Shown: piece by piece, positions 9,080 through 18,413 of the stretch
How positions within the stretch are numbered: the first letter of the stretch is position 1
Layout: each line of letters begins with the position of its first letter
Sequence record: SRR31156797_5074
DNA: 20,000 nt
Strand: one strand, 5' to 3'
Position numbers and translations under genes: made by a program
Notes under the pieces: generated by a model
The model's input: the letters and a program-made list of their open reading frames with translations, nothing else
Databases searched by the model: none
What the model was told of the DNA's origin: nothing

Positions 9080-10055
9080 TAGCCATTCATCGCTATCCAG
9101 TGAACAAGCTCTTGATGATTACTTCACAGCTTTGCTTGAAGAAGAGCTGATTGAGGAAGAGTCGGTTGCCATCGATTCTGCACCCGAGCTTGAACCCATG
9201 GTTCAATCGGTTGCTGAAAAAAGCTATTTGGACGATAGTTTAGTTGAGTTGCCAGAGCTTGAGCTAGAATTGCCTAACTTAGAAGATGTTCAGCGTCTGT
9301 TAAGCCAGATGGAATCTAGCAATCCCGTTGCCGAGCTTGATTTAGAACAGGTGATGGAACAGAACACCTTGGATATTGCAACAGAAGTGCAAGAGATCCA
9401 AGAGTGGGACGTTGAAGCAGAAGTAGTAGAAACGACCACTGAGACAGCGGTTGAAACACCTGAAGTTGAAACCAAAGCTGAAGTAGCGATTGAAATCAGC
9501 GAACCGGAAGTGGTTGTTGAAGACACCGTGACGGTTGAGGAGCAAATAACACCTCAAACACAAGCGGGTGGTTCAACATTTGGCGAATGGGAAACACCTA
9601 TTAGAGAGGAGAGTTTTCAAGTTCTCTATTTCGATGTTAATGGTGTGACATTCGCAGTACCACTGGATGAGTTAGGCGGTATCCACCGTAAGGAAGAGCT
9701 TAATCATTTAATTGGCCGACCTGCGTGGTATCTTGGTTTGCAAACTAATAGAGACTCTCAGCTGGATGTCGTTGATACCGCGAAGTGGGTTATGGCAGAT
9801 AAGCTGCGCGATGATAGTTACAAAGAAGCGTATCAATACATCGTTATGTTAGGTGAGAGCATGTGGGGACTCGCTTGTTCACAACTGCTTGGTACTGAAA
9901 CGCTGAATACAGAAAAAATTCGCTGGCGAGAACAAGTGGGGAAACGACCTTGGCTTGCTGGTATGGTAAAAGAAAAAATGTGCGCTTTGATCCATGTTGA
10001 AGCATTGATAGCTATGCTTAACGCAGGACTTGATGTAAAAGCACTAGATAAATAA
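9072..10055 (+). CDS. parP: ParP: ParC partner with a long acidic linker and a C-terminal CheW-like domain
   Basis: N-terminal SSEQALDDYFTALL, a Glu-rich low-complexity middle, and a CheW-like C-terminus (FQVLYFDVNGVTFAVPL...KRPWLAGMVKEKMCALIHV). ATG 9072 overlaps the parC stop (ATGAGTAG). Confidence 0.88.
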   Translation: MSSSHSSLSSEQALDDYFTALLEEELIEEESVAIDSAPELEPMVQSVAEKSYLDDSLVELPELELELPNLEDVQRLLSQMESSNPVAELDLEQVMEQNTLDIATEVQEIQEWDVEAEVVETTTETAVETPEVETKAEVAIEISEPEVVVEDTVTVEEQITPQTQAGGSTFGEWETPIREESFQVLYFDVNGVTFAVPLDELGGIHRKEELNHLIGRPAWYLGLQTNRDSQLDVVDTAKWVMADKLRDDSYKEAYQYIVMLGESMWGLACSQLLGTETLNTEKIRWREQVGKRPWLAGMVKEKMCALIHVEALIAMLNAGLDVKALDK

Positions 10056-10090
10056 TTTTTTTGTCGGAAACGACTTAGAGAGGAAAAGGT

Positions 10091-10585
10091 ATGTCTCAAA
10101 CTAACGAAGTAGAAGTTAGAAAAGAACACTCGAATGACGAAGTGCTTCAGTGGGTGACGTTCCAACTAGAAGAAGAAACATACGGTATCAATGTAATGCA
10201 AGTACGCGAAGTGCTTCGTTATACTGAAATTGCACCGGTACCGGGTGCGCCTGATTATGTTCTAGGTATTATTAACCTGCGTGGTAACGTTGTGACAGTT
10301 ATCGATACACGTTCTCGCTTTGGCTTGATGCCAGGTGAAACGAACGATAATACTCGCATCATTGTTATCGAATCTGAGCGTCAGGTTATCGGTATTTTAG
10401 TTGATAGCGTTGCGGAAGTGGTTTATCTGCGTTCTTCCGAAATTGATACCACACCAAGTGTTGGTACAGATGAAAGCTCGAAGTTTATTCAGGGTGTTAG
10501 CAACCGTGACGGTAAGCTATTGATCTTGGTTGACCTTAACAAGCTGCTTTCTGATGAAGAATGGGATGAAATGGCTCACCTGTAA
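10091..10585 (+). CDS. cheW: Chemotaxis coupling protein CheW
   Basis: QWVTFQLEEETYGINVMQVREV, PVPGAPDYVLGIINLRGNVVTVID and GILVDSVAEV. RBS GAGGA is upstream. Confidence 0.97.
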   Translation: MSQTNEVEVRKEHSNDEVLQWVTFQLEEETYGINVMQVREVLRYTEIAPVPGAPDYVLGIINLRGNVVTVIDTRSRFGLMPGETNDNTRIIVIESERQVIGILVDSVAEVVYLRSSEIDTTPSVGTDESSKFIQGVSNRDGKLLILVDLNKLLSDEEWDEMAHL

Positions 10586-11091
10586 TGAGTGAGTTGATGT
10601 CATCAGTGTCTCCTGTCGTGGCGGGAGGCATAGCTCTGATTGTAATGCTGATTGTGTTGGTATGGTTTAGGCTGCACCGAGCACAGATTAAGCAAGCTGA
10701 CTATTTTAGACAACAAGCACGACATGCTGACAAAGAACAGCAAAAAGTTAGTAAGCAACTGTTAGAAGTTCGCCAAGTGGTTGTTGGATTGGGGAAAACA
10801 GTCAGTGATCAGCAAGATATCATTAAGCATTTAAACGAACGCCTGAAAGAACTTGAAAACGCTGATACCGATGCTCGTTTGTATAGCCGAGCGAGTAAAA
10901 TGGTAAAACTCGGCGCAGATATAGAAGAACTTATCGAAGAGTGTGAGTTACCGAAAGCAGAAGCTGAGCTAATGCTCTCATTGCAGAAAAAACTGCAAGG
11001 TAAAGAAGCGATACCACCACTGACGAGTCATCCAGAAGGTAAAACAAGGCCTGCAGCGAATCGTCCACCGATTAGAAAGCAGTCTCGTTAA
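10585..11091 (+). CDS. fipA: DUF2802 membrane-anchored protein, FlhF-interacting polar determinant FipA
   Basis: N-terminal hydrophobic TM segment (approx. aa 11-28), a coiled coil, and DUF2802-type LYSRASKMVKLGADIEELIEECELPKAEAELM. It is the last gene of the che operon and is TAATG-coupled to cheW. Confidence 0.85.
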   Translation: MSELMSSVSPVVAGGIALIVMLIVLVWFRLHRAQIKQADYFRQQARHADKEQQKVSKQLLEVRQVVVGLGKTVSDQQDIIKHLNERLKELENADTDARLYSRASKMVKLGADIEELIEECELPKAEAELMLSLQKKLQGKEAIPPLTSHPEGKTRPAANRPPIRKQSR

Positions 11092-11095
11092 AGTG

Positions 11096-11122
11096 AAAAG
11101 GAAGCAAAGCGCTTCCTTTTTT
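11096..11122 (+). terminator. Intrinsic terminator of the fla/che operon (possibly bidirectional)
   Basis: AAAAGGAAGC-aaagc-GCTTCCTTTT followed by TT: a 10-bp inverted repeat including the A/T tracts, 4 nt after the fipA stop. Confidence 0.85.
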
Positions 11123-11234
11123 AATATCTGTGAAAAGTCACTTTGTAATCATAAAGTGGTAAAAGAAAACAGAAATAAGTAAAAATTAACAGATTCTTAC
11201 GTAGTTTCGTGATTCGTAATACCCTTCGTCTATT

Positions 11235-11263
11235 TTGTCTAAACGGTGGTGTGGTAATATAGT
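11235..11263 (+). promoter_or_regulatory. Putative sigma70 promoter of the ccm operon
   Basis: TTGTCT (11235-11240), a 17-nt spacer, then TATAGT (11258-11263). An overlapping extended -10 TGgTAATAT lies at 11252-11260. The site is 27 nt upstream of the ccmA ATG, with AT-rich upstream sequence. Confidence 0.6.
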
Positions 11264-11290
11264 CGCCCCAAATTTGTAATAAAGAAGCTC

Positions 11291-11911
11291 ATGCTGGAAG
11301 TTAGCAACTTGACTGCCATTCGTGATGAAAGAGTTCTGTTTGAAGGATTATCATTCAGTATTCGTTCAGGCGAATTAGTCCAAATAGAAGGACGTAACGG
11401 TACTGGTAAAACGACGTTATTGCGTATCGTCACTGGTTTGGCTGACCGCGATGAAGGTGAGATATTCTGGAACGATACCAGTATAGAAGATGACCGGGAT
11501 AGTTATCACAGTGAGCTTCTTTTCCTAGGTCACCAAACGGGCGTAAAGCGAGAGCTTACTGCGTTTGAAAATCTTCAGTTTTATCAGACTGTGCACGCAT
11601 CGAAAGTAACTCATGATGAAATCTATCAGGCACTGACTCAGGTCGGTTTAGCGGGGCGTGAAGATGTGCCAGTAGCAAAACTTTCGGCAGGGCAGCAACG
11701 CAGAGTCGCGCTTGCCAGGTTATGGCTAAGTTCACACAAGCTTTGGATTTTAGATGAACCGCTAACTGCGATAGATAAGCAGGGTGTAAAAGTGTTGGAA
11801 TCACTATTTTTGCAGCACGCAGAAAAAGGTGGAATTGTGGTGCTAACCACTCACCAAGACATGTTCTCAGATAACAATAAGCTGCGAAAAATTAAGCTAG
11901 GGGATGTCTAA
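11291..11911 (+). CDS. ccmA: Cytochrome c biogenesis ABC ATPase CcmA
   Basis: Walker [10 protein letters not shown], signature LSAGQQRR, Walker B WILDEP and the TTH switch. Confidence 0.97.
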   Translation: MLEVSNLTAIRDERVLFEGLSFSIRSGELVQIEGRNGTGKTTLLRIVTGLADRDEGEIFWNDTSIEDDRDSYHSELLFLGHQTGVKRELTAFENLQFYQTVHASKVTHDEIYQALTQVGLAGREDVPVAKLSAGQQRRVALARLWLSSHKLWILDEPLTAIDKQGVKVLESLFLQHAEKGGIVVLTTHQDMFSDNNKLRKIKLGDV

Positions 11912-12579
11912 TGCTGTCAGCGATGACAATGATTATAAAGCGTGAATTACTGATCGCATTTCGACGACAAGCTGATATTTTTAATCCGTTGTGGTTTTTT
12001 ATCATTGTCATCACCCTGTTTCCATTAAGCATTGGTCCTGAACCTGGGTTGTTATCCCGTATTGCGCCAGGCATTGTCTGGGTAGCCGCGTTGCTGGCTG
12101 CATTGTTGTCTTTAGAACGTTTGTTTAGAGATGACTATCAAGATGGGGCGTTGGAACAGATGATGATTATGCCTGTCCCGTTACCAATAGTTGCACTGTC
12201 TAAAGTTATTGCCCATTGGCTATTAACGGGTCTACCGTTGATTTTAATTAGCCCATTGCTCTCAATACTACTGTCGTTAGACTTTAATACCTGGTTGGCA
12301 GTGGTCGGTACATTAATTCTTGGCACGCCAACATTGAGCTTTATTGGGGCAATCGGTGTCGCGTTAACGGTAGGGTTACAGAAAGGTGGCGTGCTACTTA
12401 GCCTACTTGTTTTACCTTTGTACATACCCATTTTAATTTTTGCCACGTCAGCGATTGATGCGGCAGCGCTAGGTATGGCTTATAACGGTCAACTGGCAAT
12501 ACTTGCTGCAATGTTTGTTGGAGCGATGACACTCACGCCTTTTGCTATCAGTGCAGCGTTACGTGTCAGTGTAAACTAG
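11911..12579 (+). CDS. ccmB: Heme exporter membrane protein CcmB
   Basis: Hydrophobic multi-TM protein with LFRDDYQDGALE and LPLYIPILIF. TAATG-coupled to ccmA. Confidence 0.97.
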   Translation: MLSAMTMIIKRELLIAFRRQADIFNPLWFFIIVITLFPLSIGPEPGLLSRIAPGIVWVAALLAALLSLERLFRDDYQDGALEQMMIMPVPLPIVALSKVIAHWLLTGLPLILISPLLSILLSLDFNTWLAVVGTLILGTPTLSFIGAIGVALTVGLQKGGVLLSLLVLPLYIPILIFATSAIDAAALGMAYNGQLAILAAMFVGAMTLTPFAISAALRVSVN

Positions 12580-12664
12580 TATAAAGTAATTTTTAGCCCG
12601 GAATATTAATAAGAAACTTAACATCAAAAAGTTAAGTCATCGAAGCGAAAAGTGAGGATAAATA

Positions 12665-13414
12665 ATGTGGAAATGGCTCCATCCCTACGCTAAGCCAGAA
12701 TCTGCGTATCAACTTTGTGGGAAACTGTTCCCATGGTTTACTGTGTTAGCTTTTGTTTGTTTGACCGTTGGAACCATTTGGGGTTTAGCTTTTGCGCCTT
12801 CCGATTATCAACAAGGGGATAGTTTTAGACTGATTTACATCCATGTTCCTTCTGCAATTTGGTCTATGGGTGTCTATATGTCGATGGCCATCGCTGCATT
12901 CATCGGTATTGTTTGGCAGTTAAAGCTTTCTAGCATGGCGGCATTGGCCATGGCTCCGATTGGTGCCGTGTACACCTTTATTGCACTGATTACCGGTGCC
13001 GTATGGGGTAAACCCATGTGGGGTGCTTGGTGGGTGTGGGATGCACGTCTGACTTCAGAATTGATCCTTCTATTCCTCTACCTAGGCGTTATTGCGCTTT
13101 ACCACGCGTTTGATGATCAGAAAACGGCTGCTAAAGCGGCAGGTATTTTGGCGATTGTTGGTGTGATTAATCTACCAATCATTCACTTCTCTGTGGAGTG
13201 GTGGAACACCCTGCACCAAGGGGCGACCATTACCAAATTCGAAAAACCCTCCATTTCTGCCAAAATGTTGTGGCCTTTATTACTCAATATCTTCGGTTTT
13301 GCCTTTTTCTTTGCTGCTCTCACCATGACTCGCTTGCGTAATGAAATCATCAGTAAAGAGAGCCACCGTCCGTGGGTTATCGCATTAGCTCAGTCAAACA
13401 AAGGAGTGTCGTAA
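12665..13414 (+). CDS. ccmC: Heme exporter/heme-handling protein CcmC
   Basis: YIHVP, WWD domain WGKPMWGAWWVWDARLT, and WWNTLHQ. RBS GAGGA is upstream. Confidence 0.98.
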   Translation: MWKWLHPYAKPESAYQLCGKLFPWFTVLAFVCLTVGTIWGLAFAPSDYQQGDSFRLIYIHVPSAIWSMGVYMSMAIAAFIGIVWQLKLSSMAALAMAPIGAVYTFIALITGAVWGKPMWGAWWVWDARLTSELILLFLYLGVIALYHAFDDQKTAAKAAGILAIVGVINLPIIHFSVEWWNTLHQGATITKFEKPSISAKMLWPLLLNIFGFAFFFAALTMTRLRNEIISKESHRPWVIALAQSNKGVS

Positions 13415-13620
13415 TGTACTTTGATTCTTGGTCTGATTTTTGGGCGATGGGTGGTTATGCCAGCTATGTATGGGGTGGTTTTGGTATCACCTATTTATCA
13501 ATGGCAATTCTGTGGTACGCCAGTGCCAGTCGTAGTAAAGCTTTAATGAAAGAAGTTAGAAATAAAATTAAACGCCAAGAGCGTATTGAAGCTGCTAAAC
13601 ATATGGAGAACACGCTATGA
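13414..13620 (+). CDS. ccmD: Heme exporter protein CcmD
   Basis: [20 protein letters not shown], one TM segment and a basic tail. ATG 13414 (TAATG with the ccmC stop; AAGGAG at 13401-13406) is preferred to 13372. Confidence 0.93.
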   Translation: MYFDSWSDFWAMGGYASYVWGGFGITYLSMAILWYASASRSKALMKEVRNKIKRQERIEAAKHMENTL

Positions 13621-14099
13621 ACCCAAGACGTAAAAAGAGGCTCGGCATTGTCCTCGCGATTCTTATCGGTTTAGGAACAACAACAGGTTTAATTCTTTAT
13701 GCGTTAAGCCAAAATATGGATCTGTTCTATACCCCGACTGAACTTGTCAACGGTAAAGACGGTAAAAAACCAGAGGTTGGCCAGCGCTTGCGTATTGGTG
13801 GCATGGTTCAAGTGGGCTCTGTTAAGCGTGATCCTAACTCACTGAAAGTCAGCTTCTTGCTAAGAGACACGGGCCCGATGGTTACCATTACTTATGACGG
13901 CATCTTGCCAGATTTATTTCGTGAAGGTCAGGGCATTGTAGCGCAGGGTGTATTAAAAGATGCAACCACAGTTGAAGCCTTTGAAGTGTTAGCAAAACAC
14001 GACGAAGAGTATATGCCGCCTGAAATTGCCGAGGCGATGGATAAGAGCCATTCTCCGATGCAATATACCAATGAACAGAAACAAGGAAGTGGTCAATGA
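13617..14099 (+). CDS. ccmE: Heme chaperone CcmE
   Basis: MNPRRKKRL plus TM segment, [10 protein letters not shown], and the heme-binding LAKHDEEY motif. Confidence 0.98.
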   Translation: MNPRRKKRLGIVLAILIGLGTTTGLILYALSQNMDLFYTPTELVNGKDGKKPEVGQRLRIGGMVQVGSVKRDPNSLKVSFLLRDTGPMVTITYDGILPDLFREGQGIVAQGVLKDATTVEAFEVLAKHDEEYMPPEIAEAMDKSHSPMQYTNEQKQGSGQ

Positions 14100-16051
14100 T
14101 TGCGGAAATAGGGCATTTCGCCCTGATCATCTCATTAGGCTTAGCATTATTGCTGAGCCTACTTCCGTTAGTCGGAGCTTCTAAAAATAATACTTTATTG
14201 ATGAACTCTGCGCGTCCATTGGCGTGGGGTATGTTTTCATTCCTGCTACTCTCATTTGGTGTTTTGCTTTGGGCCTTTTATTCCAATGATTTCACGGTGA
14301 AATATGTAGCAACGAACTCGAATAGCCTGCTTCCATGGTACTACCGTTTGACCGCGGTATGGGGCGCGCATGAAGGCTCTCTACTATTGTGGGTGCTTAT
14401 TCAAGCGGCTTGGACGGTTGCTGTTGCGAGCTTTAGTCGCGGAATGCCACAGGAATCGGTTGCACGCGTTCTCGCTGTAATGGGAATGATCACCGTTGGC
14501 TTCTTGCTGTTTATCATTGTCACGTCAAACCCGTTTTTGCGTACGTTACCGTTCTTCCCAATTGATGGCCGCGACCTGAACCCTCTGTTGCAAGATCCTG
14601 GATTGATCATCCACCCACCAATGCTTTACATGGGCTATGTGGGTTTTTCGGTGGCTTTCTCATTTGCCATTGCATCATTGATGACCGGACGTTTAGATAC
14701 CGCTTGGGCTCGTTGGTCTCGTCCTTGGACAACAGCCGCATGGTTATTCTTAACGTTAGGTATCGTTTTGGGTTCATGGTGGGCGTATTACGAACTTGGC
14801 TGGGGTGGCTGGTGGTTCTGGGATCCAGTAGAAAACGCCTCATTCATGCCGTGGTTAGCGGGCACCGCACTGATGCACTCACTCGCTGTGACCGAAAAGC
14901 GTGGTACGTTTAAAGCATGGACAGTGTTACTGGCGATTTCCGCATTTTCACTTAGCCTGCTGGGTACATTCCTGGTACGTTCCGGTATTTTGGTCTCAGT
15001 GCATGCGTTTGCTTCTGACCCTGCTCGCGGAATGTTTATTCTTGGCTTCTTAGTGTTTGTCATTGGTGGGTCGTTATTGTTGTTCGCAATTAAAGGTGCG
15101 TCAGTACGCGCTCGCGGCAACTATGATCTGGTATCCCGTGAGAATGCTTTACTTGCAAATAACGTGTTATTAATTACCGCACTGGTTGTGGTACTGATTG
15201 GTACATTGCTACCTTTGGTACATAAACAACTGGGGTTGGGCTCTGTGTCTATTGGCGCCCCTTTCTTCAATAGCCTGTTTAGCTGGCTGATGGTTCCGTT
15301 TTCTTTCTTATTAGGTATCGGTCCACTTATCCGCTGGAAGCGTGACAATTTATCGGGGCTGCTAAAACCAATGCTTATTTCGGGTATTGCTTCACTGATT
15401 TTAGCGGCAGTATTCCTGACGATCACAGCAGCATCATTTACTGGCTTAGCGTATATGGGATGGGTGATGGCTTGGTGGATTATCTTGCTTCACGGCTATG
15501 AAATTCATCAACGCGCGACGCACCGTCATAGCTTTATGGTTGGCGTTAAAAAGGTTCAACGTAGTCACTGGGCTATGGTGCTAGGTCACATAGGTATGGC
15601 TGTCTCGGTTATTGGTATCGCAATGGTACAGAATTACAGTATCGAGCGAGATGTGCGTTTGGCACCTGGTGAACACTTCCAGTTGAATGAATACGACTTC
15701 TACTTTAAAGGTCTGTTTGATCGTGATGGGCCAAATTACGATGGTTATGTGGCTGACTTTGAAGTCACAAAGAATGGTCAATACATTAATACATTGCATG
15801 CGGAAAAACGTTTTTACAATACGGCGAAATCGATGATGACTGAAGCTGCGATTGACCGCGGTATCACTCGAGATCTCTATATCGCTATGGGTGAACGTTT
15901 AGAAGGCACAGATGCATGGGCAGTCCGTTTGTACTACAAACCGTTTGTTCGTTGGATTTGGGCTGGTGGTATATTGATGTCTTTCGGTGGCATTATCGCA
16001 ATCAGTGACCGTCGTTATCGTTTCAAAAAATCAGCAGCAAAGGAGGCTTAA
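14096..16051 (+). CDS. ccmF: Cytochrome c heme lyase subunit CcmF
   Basis: [21 protein letters not shown] domain [21 protein letters not shown], and SVHAF. Confidence 0.98.
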   Translation: MIAEIGHFALIISLGLALLLSLLPLVGASKNNTLLMNSARPLAWGMFSFLLLSFGVLLWAFYSNDFTVKYVATNSNSLLPWYYRLTAVWGAHEGSLLLWVLIQAAWTVAVASFSRGMPQESVARVLAVMGMITVGFLLFIIVTSNPFLRTLPFFPIDGRDLNPLLQDPGLIIHPPMLYMGYVGFSVAFSFAIASLMTGRLDTAWARWSRPWTTAAWLFLTLGIVLGSWWAYYELGWGGWWFWDPVENASFMPWLAGTALMHSLAVTEKRGTFKAWTVLLAISAFSLSLLGTFLVRSGILVSVHAFASDPARGMFILGFLVFVIGGSLLLFAIKGASVRARGNYDLVSRENALLANNVLLITALVVVLIGTLLPLVHKQLGLGSVSIGAPFFNSLFSWLMVPFSFLLGIGPLIRWKRDNLSGLLKPMLISGIASLILAAVFLTITAASFTGLAYMGWVMAWWIILLHGYEIHQRATHRHSFMVGVKKVQRSHWAMVLGHIGMAVSVIGIAMVQNYSIERDVRLAPGEHFQLNEYDFYFKGLFDRDGPNYDGYVADFEVTKNGQYINTLHAEKRFYNTAKSMMTEAAIDRGITRDLYIAMGERLEGTDAWAVRLYYKPFVRWIWAGGILMSFGGIIAISDRRYRFKKSAAKEA

Positions 16052-16606
16052 ATGAACAAGAAGATTTTGTTTATTCCTCTCATTGTATTTCTGGCATTAG
16101 TGGTGGTTTTTGTGACCCAACTGTCCAGAAATGCAGATGGTGATGATCCAACCAAATTAGAATCGGTATTGGTCGGTAAGGCGGTTCCAGAATTCCGTTT
16201 AGAAGATTTAGCTGAACCGGGTAAATTGTACGATCAAAGTATTTTCCGTGGAGAGCCTTTGCTGCTTAACGTTTGGGCGACTTGGTGTCCGACTTGTTAC
16301 GCTGAGCACCAATATCTCAATCAACTGGCTTCACAAGACGTGAAAATTATTGGTCTGAATTACAAAGATCAACGCGATAAAGCGGTTCAATGGTTAAATG
16401 ACTTAGGTAATCCTTATCTAATCAGCTTATTTGATGGCAATGGAATGTTGGGTTTGGATCTGGGCGTTTATGGCGCACCGGAAACGTTCATCATCGACGC
16501 TAATGGTCAGATTCGTTATCGTCACGTGGGTGACGTTAATGCAAAAAACTGGAAAGAAACATTAGAGCCACTTTATCAGCAGTTGCTGCAGGAGGCTAAG
16601 CAATGA
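16052..16606 (+). CDS. ccmG: Thiol:disulfide interchange protein CcmG/DsbE
   Basis: N-terminal anchor, NVWATWCPTC (CxxC) and GVYGAPETF. Confidence 0.97.
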   Translation: MNKKILFIPLIVFLALVVVFVTQLSRNADGDDPTKLESVLVGKAVPEFRLEDLAEPGKLYDQSIFRGEPLLLNVWATWCPTCYAEHQYLNQLASQDVKIIGLNYKDQRDKAVQWLNDLGNPYLISLFDGNGMLGLDLGVYGAPETFIIDANGQIRYRHVGDVNAKNWKETLEPLYQQLLQEAKQ

Positions 16607-17079
16607 AAACTCAATTAGTTGCTTTTATAAGCTCTCTACTGATTGCTTTTTCGGTTCATGCCGCGATTGATGTTTTTGACTTCGAAACGCCAGAGCAAGA
16701 GAAACAGTTCCATGAGTTAAGCAACACTCTGCGTTGCCCTAAATGTCAAAATAACTCAATTGCGGATTCCAATGCTGCTTTGGCGCAAGACTTACGCCAG
16801 AAAGTCTATGAAATGACCAAGCAAGGCAAGTCGGAACAAGAAATTGTCGACTATATGATTGCTCGTTATGGAAACTTTGTTACTTATAATCCGCCATTGA
16901 CGGTAGGCACAGCGATTTTATGGGTTGCACCATTTTCCGTATTAATTGTTGGCTTTATCGTGATTGTTGTTCGCACCAAGCGTAGAAAAGCTACCGCGGT
17001 CGCGAATGATTGGGATGAGAACAAAGAGCAACGATTAAAAGCTTTGCTGGAACAAGATCAAGACGGAGATAAGCAGTAA
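16603..17079 (+). CDS. ccmH: Cytochrome c biogenesis protein CcmH (redox domain only)
   Basis: Signal peptide, LRCPKCQN, RYGNFVTYNPP and a C-terminal TM segment. Confidence 0.95.
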   Translation: MKTQLVAFISSLLIAFSVHAAIDVFDFETPEQEKQFHELSNTLRCPKCQNNSIADSNAALAQDLRQKVYEMTKQGKSEQEIVDYMIARYGNFVTYNPPLTVGTAILWVAPFSVLIVGFIVIVVRTKRRKATAVANDWDENKEQRLKALLEQDQDGDKQ

Positions 17080-18296
17080 TGACGTTATTTTGGATCTCGA
17101 CACTTATTCTTGTCGCTCTGGCGAGTGTATTTGTCATTATTCCGTTATTAAAACCGAAGGCGAATAATGATGAAATGCTGCGTGATGAGTTGAACAAAGC
17201 ATTGTATAAAAATCGTTTAGCCGAACTTGAAGTAGAGTCTGATGAAGGCTTAGTGGCGGACCAACAAGAGCTGGTCGCTGACTTAAAGCAATCTTTACTT
17301 GATGATATTCCAACGGATAAAGCCAACTCCTCACAGAGTAAAGTATCAACCTATGGTGTACTTGTTCCTTCCGTGTTGTTGGTTGTTGCCTTGAGTTACG
17401 GCCTGTATGCAACTTACGGTAGCCATACCAGCGTGCAGCAATGGCAGCAAATCAGTCAAAACCTGCCAGAGTTATCGAAAAAGTTAATGAATCCTCAAGG
17501 TGTTCAATTAACCGAACAGGAGATGCAGGATCTCACGCTAGCACTGAGAACGCGTTTACATTATGAACCGAACGATTCGACAGGTTGGTTGTTGCTAGGT
17601 CGAATTGGCCTCGCAAACAGAGATATGGATACCGCAATTGGCGCGATGAAAAAAGCTTACACCATAGAACCACAAGACGGTGATATTAAGCTTGGCTATG
17701 CACAAGCTTTGATGTTGTCTAATGATGAAATGGATCAGCAGAAAGCGCGCTCAGTGTTAGAAAAATTGCTTAAGCAAGACTATGTAGACCTGCGGGTATA
17801 CTCATTGCTGGCTTTTGATGCTTTTGAACGCCAGGACTTTTCGACAGCAATTGAACATTGGCAATCGATGCAGCAAATCTTAGGTCCTAATGATGGGCGC
17901 TATGAGATGTTAGCTCGCAGCATTGCAAGTGCAAAAGCACGAATGGGCGAAGGTGAAGCGGATACTCAATCCGTCTCTGTCACTGTCTCTTTGGCAAGCA
18001 ATGTTGTTGTGCCACAACAAGGGGTAGTTATCGTTTCTGTTCATTCGGCTGACGGGGCCCCGATGCCGATCGCAGCGGCAAGGTACCCTTTAAGTCGTTT
18101 TCCGCTCAAGGTTGTACTGGATGATTCAAACAGTATGATGCAAGGACGAAAGTTGTCCGATTTGGATTCATTGTTAGTTAGAGTCAGAATTGATACCGAT
18201 GGCAATGTTGCAACCAAAGACGGTGACTGGTTCGGAGAAAGTCAGCCGGCAGAAATTGGAAGCGCAGTAAATGTTGAAATCAATCAACAGTTTTAA
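17079..18296 (+). CDS. ccmI: c-type cytochrome biogenesis TPR protein CcmI
   Basis: N-terminal TM, LYKNRLAELE, a second TM, TPR-like PNDSTGWLLLGR...AMKKAY, and a C-terminal domain (MPIAAAR...FPLKVVLDDSNSM). Confidence 0.93.
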   Translation: MTLFWISTLILVALASVFVIIPLLKPKANNDEMLRDELNKALYKNRLAELEVESDEGLVADQQELVADLKQSLLDDIPTDKANSSQSKVSTYGVLVPSVLLVVALSYGLYATYGSHTSVQQWQQISQNLPELSKKLMNPQGVQLTEQEMQDLTLALRTRLHYEPNDSTGWLLLGRIGLANRDMDTAIGAMKKAYTIEPQDGDIKLGYAQALMLSNDEMDQQKARSVLEKLLKQDYVDLRVYSLLAFDAFERQDFSTAIEHWQSMQQILGPNDGRYEMLARSIASAKARMGEGEADTQSVSVTVSLASNVVVPQQGVVIVSVHSADGAPMPIAAARYPLSRFPLKVVLDDSNSMMQGRKLSDLDSLLVRVRIDTDGNVATKDGDWFGESQPAEIGSAVNVEINQQF

Positions 18297-18321
18297 TACT
18301 GTTAACCAATAAAAGAAATCA

Positions 18322-18350
18322 AAGGCCAATGTTACCATTGGCCTTATGTT
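18322..18350 (+). terminator. Hairpin downstream of ccmI, probable weak terminator
   Basis: AAGGCCAATG-ttac-CATTGGCCTT (10-bp stem, 4-nt loop) followed by ATGTT, an interrupted U tract. Confidence 0.6.
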
Positions 18351-18413
18351 CGATCAGGGCCAGATAATAAATCACTAAACAGTCCTGATTTTCTATTGGA
18401 ATGGAAAATAATA

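Noticed and set aside
3728..11091. Absence of cheR and chemoreceptor genes from the che cluster
   Set aside because: Normal for Vibrio, where cheV-cheR lie next to the flg genes and MCP genes are dispersed.
11123..11234. AT-rich intergenic stretch considered as an sRNA gene or sigma28/sigma54 promoter
   Set aside because: I see no stable structure, TAAA-N15-GCCGATAA or TGGCAC-N5-TTGC match. It is best explained as the upstream region of the ccmA promoter.
16603..18296. ccmH appearing split or frameshifted relative to E. coli CcmH
   Set aside because: Separate ccmH and ccmI genes are the normal arrangement in many proteobacteria. Both ORFs are intact with their own N-terminal hydrophobic segments and TAATG coupling.
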